Part shown: positions 53,626 to 64,000 of the stretch, one piece after another
How positions within the stretch are numbered: position 1 is the stretch's first letter
Layout of the letters: every line of letters begins with the position of its first letter
Source of the DNA: Eledone cirrhosa
Lineage: Eukaryota
DNA: 64,000 nt
Assembly: GCA_964016885.1 (NCBI GenBank)
Contig: OZ024744.1
Coordinates: forward strand, 56,544,001-56,608,000
Direction: 5' to 3'
The notes under the pieces: model-generated
What the model saw: only the letters and a program-made list of their open reading frames with translations
What the model was told of the DNA's origin: nothing
Database searches by the model: none
Program-made: the position numbers and the translations under genes

Positions 53626-55656
53626 CATCATCACCATCATCATCACTGTTTTACGTCCGTTCTTCCACGCTAGCATGGGTTAGACGGGTTGTCCTGTTGT
53701 GGGCAGTGTCTGGTCGGCTGTCCATGCCTTGCTCATACAGGAACTGATTTGGCTTGATTTGTACAGCTGGATGCCCTTCCTAACACCAACCTCATTTACA
53801 GTGAGTGCTGGGTGCTTTTTCGTGGCGCCTACACGTCCACTTTACAGTGTGGGCTGGGTGCTTTTTTGCCGTGGCACCTCCACGACCACCTTGCAGTGAG
53901 GGGTGTGGGGGCATATTGTCTATATGCTTCAGCTTGTACCCATGGGAGGTCGGGTACTCTGTATTACTGCGTGACGCCAGAGGTCACGGTCGTGTGTCAT
54001 CGCCTTTGAGATGTGTAATTGGGTAAGGTCGGCTTTTATCACCTCATCCCAGGTCATCTTGGGTTTCCCCACTCCGCGCTTTCCATCGACTTCTAGTGCT
54101 CTGCACCTTTTTATGCAGCTGTCATCCTTCATACGCATCACATGTCCATACCAACGCAACCGCCTCTCCTGCACACACCATTTGATTCCTCTTATGCTCA
54201 GTCTCTCTCTCAATTCATTTATGCTTTGTCGTTCGCGTATATTACTATTACACATCCATCGGAGTATGCAGGCTTCGTTTCTCTCTAATCTACGTAAGTC
54301 TTCCACCTTCAGCGCCCAGGTCTCACTACCATGTAACATTTCTGTTCAGATACACGCATCATACAGTCTGCTTTTCATTTTTAGGGAGAAGCCTTTTGCA
54401 GCTAGCAGTGGTAGTAGTTCCCTAAACTTCTTCCATCCTGTTCTTACCCTAGTTATGGTACTTTCTGAACACCCACCTCCGCTGCTAATTCGGTCACCTA
54501 GGTAGCAGAAGCTGTCTACTGTTTCCTCAGAGCCCTCCCAGATATTGGTGGTACTTGTTTCCTGTGGCTGTTTGCTGCTTGCTGTCCCAGCACAGTTGCT
54601 GCATGTGAAGCCTACATTCTTAATTAAGCTTCCTGAGATCCCGCTACATCTCTTGTGTACCCATTGTTTGCATTTGGGGCAGAGAATGGAGTTCCTACCT
54701 ACACCTTTCCTACATACTGAGCAAGACCATTTCCCTGAGGGGATCTGGGTTCTGTTTTCTCGTCTACTTACAAGGACCTTAGTCTTTGTCATGTTGACTT
54801 TGAGACCTTTTCTTTCTAGTCCCTGCTTCCAAGTTTGGAATTTCTTCTCTAGTTCTACCATAGATTCAGCTATAAGTGCGAGGTCATCAGCATACAGGAG
54901 TTCCCATGGCATCCGGTCTTAAACTCCTCCGTTATTGCCTGCAGGACTATGATGTCCATGAGGGGGCTAAGAACAGAGCCCTGGTGGACCCCAACCTGTA
55001 CGCTAAATTCCTCGCTATACTCATTGTTAATCCTAACTTTGCTGACTGCTCCCCTATACATGGCTTGTACCGCTTTCACAAGCCATTCATCTACTCCTAG
55101 TTTTCTAAGAGCCCACCAGATTACAGCACGTGGAACTCTGTCAAAGGCTTTCTCAAGGTCGACAAATGCCAGGTAGAGTGGCTTACTTTTAGCTAGGTAC
55201 TTTTCCTGTAACTGCCTGACAAGGAAGAGGGCATCAGTGGTGCCTCTTCCTGGTACAAACCCAAATTGCATCTCGTCTAGTTTCACCCGGTCCCTAATCA
55301 ACTGTGCTATAACTCTTTCTGTTACTTTCATGACCTGGTCCATCAGCTTTATACCTCTATAGTTTCCTCTATCTAGTGCATCACCTTTACCTTTGTAGCA
55401 GTTGACAATGATGCTACTGCACCAATCTTTTGGTATGACACCTTCTAGTATTACCTGGTTAACAATACGTGTTGTTATAGTGTGACCTACAGACCCAGAT
55501 GCCTTCAGCATCTCGGCAGTTATACCCGATGGACCGGTTACCTTCCCCATCTTCATATCTTTGATTGCCTTACTTACTACGCTGCTGCTGACTTGTACTG
55601 CTGGCCCCTCTATAGGGTCTACTTGGGGTAGGGTCTCTTCTTCCCATGCATCTTCC
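53626..55656 (-). mobile_element. 5'-truncated RTE family A LINE with nearly complete RT and PHD finger
   Basis: FVDLEKAFDRVPR, GVHQGSVLSP, LLYADDL, C4HC3 finger, FCYLGD, RRLRWYGHV; one frameshift and one stop; possible TSD tatgta. Confidence 0.93.
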
Positions 55657-56137
55657 TATGTATATAACAAGTCATATATAGATATATAGGTTGTATATAT
55701 ATAACAAGTCATATATAGATATATAGGCTGTATGTATACAACCAGTCATATATTGATATATAGGTTGTATGTATATAACAAGCAATAGATAGATATATAT
55801 AGGTTGTATGTATATAGCAAGCAGTAGGTATATATATAGGCTGTACGTATAAAATTATCTTATTTGATGGTGACCGACTGCATGTATATTGGAGATTTTT
55901 CTCAAAGAACAGTTCGAAATAGGATGAACAGGCAATCATCGGACATGATGCTTTGCATAGACATTGTGCAAAGTGATCGTAGAGGTGCCATGGCAAAAAA
56001 GCAACCAGACCACGCTGTAAATGAGGTTGGTGTTAGGAAGGGCATCCAGCTGTAGAAATCAAGCCAGAATCAGTTCCCGTCCCACCCTTGCAAGCAGGGA
56101 AAAGCGGACGTAAAATGATGATTGAAACTGATATAGG

Positions 56138-56193
<56 letters not shown>

Positions 56194-56327
56194 CAAGCAA
56201 TAGATATATATATATATATATATATGATGATGATGATATAACAAGCAATAGATATATATATATATATAGGCTGTATGTATATAACAAGTCATATATAGAT
56301 ATATAGGTTGTATATATATATAACAAG

Positions 56328-56366
<39 letters not shown>

Positions 56367-57217
56367 CTGTATGTATATAACAAGTCATATATAGATATAT
56401 AGGTTGTATATATATAACAAGCAATAGATATATAGGCTGTATGTATATAACAAGTCATAGATATATCGGTTGTATATATATAACAAGTCATAGATATATC
56501 GGTTGTATGTATATAACAAGTCATAGATATATCGGTTGTATGTATATAACAAGTCATAGATATATCGGTTGTATGTATATAACAAGTCATAGATATATAG
56601 GTTGTATGTATATAACAAGTCATAGATATATAGGTTGTATGTATATAACAAGTCATAGATATATAGGTTGTATGTATATAACGAGTCATAGATATATAGG
56701 TTGTATGTATATAACAAGTCTTATATAGATATATAGGTTGTATGTATATAACGAGTAGATATATACGTTGTATGTATATAACAAGTCAGATATATAGGCT
56801 GTATGTATATAATACGTCATAGATATATAGGCTGTATGTATATAACGAGTCATAGATATATAGGTTGTATGTATATAACAAGTCATAGATATATAGGGTG
56901 TATGTATATAACAAGTCGTAGATATATAGGTTGTATGTATATAACAAGTCATAGATATATAGGTTGTATGTATATAACAAGTCATAGATATATAGGTTGT
57001 ATGTATATAACACGTCATAGACAGATATATAGGTTGTATGTATATAACACGTCATAGACAGATATATAGACTGTATATGTCATATAGATATATAGGCTAT
57101 GTATATAACAAGTAGATATATAGGCTGTATGTATATAAATCATATAGATATATAGGCTGTATGTATATAACATGTCATAGACATATATAGGCTGTATATT
57201 TGTCATAGATATATAGG

Positions 57218-57257
<40 letters not shown>

Positions 57258-57883
57258 CAAGTCATAGATATATAGGCCGTATGTATATAACAAGCGATAG
57301 ATACATAGGTTGTATGTATATAACAAGCAATAGCTAGATATATAGGTTGTATGTATATAACAAGTCATATATAGATATATAGGTTGTATGTATATAACAA
57401 GTCATATATAGATATATAGGTTGTATGTATATAACAAGTCATATATAGATATATAGGTTGTATGTATATAACAAGTCATATATAGATATATATAGGTTGT
57501 ATGTATATAACAAGTCATATATAGATATATATAGGTTGTATGTATATAACAAGTCATATATAGATATATATAGGTTGTATGTATATAACAAGTCATATAT
57601 AGATATATATAGGTTGTATGTATATAACAAGTCATATATAGATATATATAGGTTGTATGTATATAACAAGTCATATATAGATATATATAGGTTGTATGTA
57701 TATAACAAGTCATATATAGATATATATAGGTTGTATGTATATAGCAAGCAGTAGGTATATATATAGGCTGTACGTATAAAATTATCTTATTTGATGGTGA
57801 CCGACTGCATGTATATTGGAGATTTTTCTCAAAGAACAGTTCGAAATAGGATGAACAGGCAATCATCGGACATGATGCTTTGC

Positions 57884-58045
57884 GGCATAGAGTTACGGCT
57901 ATTTATGGTGTGAGTTCAAATCCTGCCGCGGTTAGTTTTGCCCTTCATCCTTACGAGGTCGATAAAATAAAGTAGCAGTAATTCACTGATGTCGATTTAA
58001 TCGACTTTCTCCTACTTCGAAATTGCAGGCCGTGTGCCTATAGTA
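57884..58045 (+). mobile_element. Meta-like SINE
   Basis: gagttcaaatcc...cccttcatccttacgaggtcgataaaataaagta. Confidence 0.75.
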
Positions 58046-58607
58046 TCATTTCTTTTTTGTGCCTATAAAATCATTTCTTTACTACGCCATATACACGTTG
58101 TTCATGTGTTTTAAAGTTCATTAACTCTTTGTCACATACTCAAACCTATCTTGCTTATATATTGATTGTTACCCCTCCCCTCAGAGAGAGCATTCCTATA
58201 TCCACCAAACTGCCTTTGGAAACACTTCAGTACTAAGTTGTGTGTGTGTACACATATACACAGGAAGAGAAAGGGAGGGGGTTAATTTCTCGATTTTGAA
58301 CTGTTGTGTTGCTTATCGGAAAGTTGCCTTGTCTAGATTGATTATTAGAAGAATGCTTGGTGTGTATCTCATTCTTAATTAACTTAATTCATGTCATGTC
58401 ATTCGTTGTCTGGTTTATTGAATGAATGTCTTCGTTTGTTACTAGATCACATAACACCTCGCTTTCGTACGTAAGCTGAATGAATGATGTGATCACCAAT
58501 GAAAACACCTGTCACTTTCACTTTCCAAACAACTTGGCTCTTGTCTCCCACCTCGTAGTTAAGGACGAACAGCACACATATTTATGAAATATATCATGAA
58601 CCGTGTG

Positions 58608-58659
<52 letters not shown>

Positions 58660-60349
58660 ATAATAATAAATGTGAAGACTAAAATCCAAAGAGGGCTCGA
58701 TATGGATAAATATATATCAAATATATAAGAACCGTAGAGCAAATATTTATATATATATGACGAGCGTCGTCATAATGTAACTTAACTTACAACCTTTTAG
58801 TATATTTAAAAGAATTTGATAGTTTTATTTAATATTTATTTTTAGTAATTCTTCGATTCAAAATCAGACAAATCCGGTAATTTCCGAGAGTGAAAATGAG
58901 TTATTCTTGTGAAAATTTTTATCGGCATAATCGTAATTTATACCTTCGAAAATATATGCACTAAGAAAGTAATGAGGAACCAAAATCAGGTGGGGGCATT
59001 ACGCTGTAGTTATTTTGGCTTGTGTGTGTGTATATATATATATATATTAGTGTGTGTGTGTACACAAAGCTACAGTTGTCATTTGCTCTCAGAAAAACAA
59101 CAAACAAAAAAAAACCGGAAGTGGAAGTAGCCTGTGATCTTAAAACGAAGGATTACCGTGACCCACCATGTATATTATTAAATCAGTCACCATAATTTTA
59201 CTTCAGTTATAAATCTTTTTGTAGTACATATATATTTTAAAATTTGATAATTTAATTTTATATTTATATTTGATTTAAAAGCGTACATATGAAAGCACCC
59301 TTTAATCACGTCTCGTTAATCTGTCTGCCGCCATACCACACATTAATGATGATACTGCCCACCAGCCATGAATAATTCCCAGTTAACTTATTACCATGGT
59401 AATGGTTATGGGGGCACATTTCTTTTCCACTGGCAATCAATTTTTTAAAGATCAGACAACTTCCGGTGATTTCCATGAGAGAAAATGACAATTTAAACAA
59501 ATATATTTATCAACATAATCGCAATATGTACATACCTTCAAAAATGAATCACTGCAAAATAAAAATATACATTAAGAGTTATGAGGAAACAGTCAGGTGG
59601 AGTAGTAAACCTTAGCTTTGAACACACACACGCACACAACTATAGTTTAGAGCTCTCATCTGACTTTGTTAATAATAATGCATCGATGGTGGCTGTTAGA
59701 ATTTTTTAAGTTTTAAAAGTTTGTCATTTTCACTCAAAGAAATTACCGGAACTTGCTTTTTATTTTAAAACAAGGTATTATCAATATATCTTAAGTGCAA
59801 TCCTTCCGTCCACAATCCCTCAGTCTCAACCCGAAACTGTTTCCAAAATAACCTTTTGTTATCTGAAACCAACTTTTTCTTTTTTTTTCTATCTTAAAGA
59901 CGTCCATTAGCAATTTATAATTCTGATATTTTTAAAAATTGCTAGTTATTTTAATTTTCAGTTGCTTATTATATCAGTGTTTATAAAGAAACAGAACGTT
60001 TAAGTTAAGTGTCCATGTAACAGTTGTTGGTGAATGATTCTATCTAACCTTCAAATCTAGATAGGTTTTCGTGTAGAAATGGTTTCATTAAGGCTTATGT
60101 ATTCCAAATTGAAACGAATGTTATATAAGCTCCCCAACCCTAATTCTAATCGTAACCCCTATCCGTAACCTTAACTTATAACACGAGCATTGTTGCAAAT
60201 CCCTAACACTACACATACCCTAACCCTAACTCAACCCAAAATTTCTTATATATACTGTTTGAGTTAAGCACTGCATATATGTGCACCCCACCCCCCACAT
60301 ATATAAAAAAAAATCGAAGTTTCGTTTACATGTTTAGCTTTTTATTGTG

Positions 60350-60448
60350 TATCAACCTGTTACATGCGTTTCACAGAATATTGGCTCAGGGCCACTCAGG
60401 AGTTATGGACTCAACTCCATTATTGATCTGCTCTTCAGACTGGTGATA
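60350..60448 (-). ncRNA. Type I hammerhead ribozyme with minimal stem III and enlarged stem II
   Basis: Minus strand: tatcaccagt-CTGAAGA-gcaga...tctgt-GAAA-c gcat g-TA-acaggttgata. Confidence 0.7.
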
Positions 60449-60892
60449 TGACTAAGAATGTAGTGGTTGTTGTGATTTGTGAGATGATGGGTGTATATAT
60501 AAGCATTAGCCCTATATTTTTGTGTGTAGGTGTTGGAGTGCAATAGGTAGGTTAGCTTTGCGCATGTATATAAACACGTGTATATTCATGTATGTGTGTA
60601 TCTGCATGTGCGTGTTTTGCTATGTGAATTGGACATTCAAAGACTAGCTTTTGTGTAAACAGGAAGCTAAATAGGATAGTGACTGTATTGGTGTGTGGGT
60701 GTGTGGGGGGAGGGGGGTTGTCACGCTACAATGACCCAGTATAAGGTCATCGTATCAGAATTGTCACTACTGATATGGTGATGGGTCATCGTGGTGTGAC
60801 ACACTCCTCAGTAGTGACAATTCATAGATGCAGACTATTGGCACCAAGTAAATAAAAAGATAAGATGAAAGAATGTGTTTATATAGAGCCTG

Positions 60893-61085
60893 GTAATTGT
60901 TTCTACTTTTGGCACAAGCCCAGCAAATACCCAGTACATGACTGGTACTTTATTTCATCGACCCCCGTAAGGATAAAAGGCAAAGTTAACCTTCGCGGGA
61001 TTTGAACTCAGAATGGCAAGGGCCGTAACTCTATGCGCCAAAGCATGGTGTCCGACCCTCTACCGATACTGCCAATCCATCACCT
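60893..61085 (-). mobile_element. Full-length Meta-like SINE
   Basis: Reverse complement of the family at 14822. Confidence 0.8.
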
Positions 61086-61139
61086 ACAGAGCGTGATAAT
61101 AATAATTGATAATAATATTAAAGAGATATACATATATAT

Positions 61140-61885
61140 ATCATCACCACCGTTTTGCGTCCATTCTTCCACGTTAGCATGGGTTAGTTGGGTTGTCCTG
61201 TTGTGGCCAATGCCAGGTCCTCTGACCATGCCTTGCTCATATGGAACTGATTTTGGCTTGATTTCTACAGCTGGATGCCCTTCCTAACACCAACCACATT
61301 TACAGTGAGTACTGGGTGCTTTTTTTACCGTGGCCCTACACGATCACTTTACAATATACGGGCAGCGGCTACCGGGTAAACAAATAAATAAGTAGACAAA
61401 TGGATTTGTTTGTTCATAGCATAATAATAGTAATAATGAAAAGTTATGTATGAAATAACTGCAATAGCAACGACATGTATACATGTTCATATGCGCACAT
61501 ATACATAGCGTGACAAAGATAACCATGCATACATGCAAAGATACCAAAGCACTGGTGTACACACGCATTGATCATATGCATATAGATACATCATCATCAT
61601 CGTTTAATGTCTATCTTCCACGCTAGCATAGGTTAGACAGGTTTGTCCTACTTGAGGCAAGTTGGGTCAGGTGACCATGTCTCGCTCGTATTCCTATACA
61701 AGCGAGACATGGTCACCTGTGTTTATGGCTGGATGCCCTTTCTAATGCTAACCACATTTAGAGTGCTTCGTGCTTTTTGTTGTGGTACCTAGATGACCAC
61801 TTTACAGAGTAAGGGTGGTGTGGGCAGAAGTGGAAGCAAGGCGTAGGGAGTGTGGGGTGTATTTTGGATTAAGAGATGCCTACTG
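61140..61885 (-). mobile_element. Two RTE family A 3' UTR fragments (61140-61353, 61589-61885)
   Basis: gctggatgccctt(c/t)ctaa motif and (CAT)n tails. Confidence 0.75.
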
Positions 61886-63142
61886 AGTGTAAATACACAC
61901 ACCTACATCTGTATATATATTTTTATTATATATATACACACAGATATATATACGTTTGCTTGCTAAAACATACAAGCATATACCCACCGGTGGGTAAATG
62001 CTTACATATGACCGTGCATGCAGTGTACAGATCGACATGAACACGTAAATCCATGTACACTCATACAGACATACGGATAAGTAATTACAAAAGTATATAT
62101 ATATTTTATATATAGGTGCATGTGAGCCTATATACACAGACATATGAGCATATGGGTATTCTATAACATATCGGTATTGTGAGACACACATATGTACATA
62201 CATGTGCGCGCTCACTCATGCACATAACATAGAAACGTGAGTGTACACACCTGCGCCATTGTACACACCTACACACCCTTGTAGTTGTGCACATGTGCAT
62301 ACAGGGGTGTGTGCATGCATGCACTTGTGTTCATAGTTACTCATGAATACAAACATCATGTAAAGTGCCCACACAGGAATATACACGCACACGCTGACAC
62401 ACAACCATATATACACCAATGTATATATATACAAAATAAGTAATGATGCACAACTACCTACATGAAGGTATAAGTGGGTGAAAATTGTTCATATATGGGT
62501 CCATTAGCTTGTTTGTTTGTGTGTTGTAGTCCTGATAAAGTTGTGTTAGGTGGTGTTTTTACTGGAGTGGGTGTGCACGTTTAAGGACGGCCATTCCATT
62601 CTGAAGCTGATATTACTAGCCTTTAGCTGACAGACTGAGGTGCTGTTTTTACTCAGGGTTCACTTTCAATGGTGTCCATGCGTCTGCGTACGTATTGAAC
62701 AGGTGCGCGTGTTGGTGTAAACAGTTCATCACTCGGACCTCGGTTCTGTATTCTTTAAGCTTTGATTTCTACAGATTCTGAAAGGCACAATTGGCAGGGC
62801 CTGCCCTACCTATTGTAACTCCAACATCCACATACACCCACTCACAAAATATAGGGCCGGGCCGATGCTTTTATATGCACCCATCATCTCACAAATCACA
62901 ACAACCACTATTTTTTTGTCGCATCACCACTATGAAGAGCAGATTGATAATGAAGTCAGGGCCATAATTTCTATGGGTGACCCTGAGCCAATACTCTGCA
63001 AAACACATGTAACTGGTCGATACACTATAAAAATGTAAATATATGTAAACGAAACTTTGTTTCTTGTTAATAACTGTGCATAGAGCTTTTTTGGCTACCA
63101 CCATCAGTAATTCATTGAATCACCTACACTATATATATATAT

Positions 63143-63406
63143 TTTGGTACCACAACATCAAGTCCTAAATAAATGAGGTGTAGGTGTCACGACAAAAAAA
63201 CACACGGTCCACGCTATAATGTGGCCGTGTAGGTAACACGGTAAAAACCTCCCAGTTCACACTGTAAACGTGGTTGGTGTTAGGAAGGGCATCCAGCTGT
63301 AGAAAACCTGCCAGACAGTCCTATACGAGCAAGACAACCAATCTCGCCTCAAGTGGGAAAATTCTCGTCCAAACCCATGCTAGCGTGGAAGATGGATGTT
63401 AAACGA

Positions 63407-63410
<4 letters not shown>
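63143..63410 (+). mobile_element. RTE family A 3' UTR fragment
   Basis: Same UTR motifs, ending aaacgatgat. Confidence 0.8.
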
Positions 63411-63442
<32 letters not shown>

Positions 63443-63477
63443 TAGGTGATTATATATATATATATATATATATATAA

Positions 63478-64000
63478 AACTTCTGTCACTCCATACGCTC
63501 TAACTTCTGTCACTCCACACGCTCTAATTTCTGTCACTACATCCTCTCAAACTTCTGTCTGTCACTCCATCCTTTCTAACTTCTGTCTGTCACTCCATCC
63601 TTTCTAACTTCTGTCTGTCACTCCATCCTTTCTAACTTCTGTCTGTCACTCCATCCTTTCTAACTTCTGTCTGTCACTCCATCCTCTCTATCTTCTGTCT
63701 GTCACTACACCCTCTCTTACTCCTGTCTGTCAGTCCATCCTCTCAAACTTCTGTCTGTCACTCCATCCTCTCAAACTTCTGTCTGTCACTCCATCCTCTC
63801 AAACTTCTGTCTGTCACTCCATCCTCTCAAACTTCTGTCTGTCACTCCATCCTCTCAAACTTCTGTCTGTCACTCCATCCTCTCAAACTACTGTCTGTCA
63901 CTCCATCCTCTCAAACTACTGTCTGTCACTCCATCCTCTCAAACTACTGTCTGTCACTCCATCCTCTCAAACTTCTGTCATTCTATCCTCTCAAACTTCT
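63478..64000. repeat. 28-bp minisatellite (24-bp units at its left edge), running off the window
   Basis: Unit ctccatcctctcaaacttctgtctgtca. Confidence 0.95.

Larger units (their letters stand above)
48560..57760. repeat. 33-bp minisatellite B (37- and 39-bp variants), interrupted by retroelements
   Basis: Unit tagatatataggttgtatgtatataacaagtca; degenerate at the left edge, homogeneous at 50490-51390 and 51955-52640. Confidence 0.95.

Noticed and set aside
50446-57866. [11 protein letters not shown] / [11 protein letters not shown] repeat ORFs
   Set aside because: Satellite B translations.

Overview
A 64 kb repeat-dominated animal genomic window; the SINE/LINE families suggest an octopod cephalopod (inference from family resemblance, not a database result). 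Most long ORFs in the track are translations of satellites. The window holds several RTE-clade LINE families, one with a PHD finger inside its RT. It has five R4/Dong-type RLE retrotransposon copies, arranged head-to-tail in (TACA)n and (TAA)n microsatellites, one nearly intact. It also has a full-length Tc1/mariner (maT-like) transposon with perfect TIRs, piggyBac- and hAT-type MITEs, a non-autonomous LTR element, Gypsy remnants, a Penelope-like GIY-YIG fragment, tRNA-derived SINEs and several long tandem arrays. The only host gene recognised is two tiny coding exons (MPNKTKKEK; QTPAKT...TESE) resembling the N-terminus of PP2A B56 gamma/delta. Main signals: (i) two separate LTR loci carry about 38-40 nt of the tRNA-Trp 3' half at the primer-binding site, each followed by a microhomology template switch; (ii) R4/Dong families appear specific for TACA versus TAA; (iii) two minimal type I hammerhead ribozymes; (iv) recurrent fold-back palindromes. 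Identities were counted by eye and family names recalled, so both need computational confirmation.
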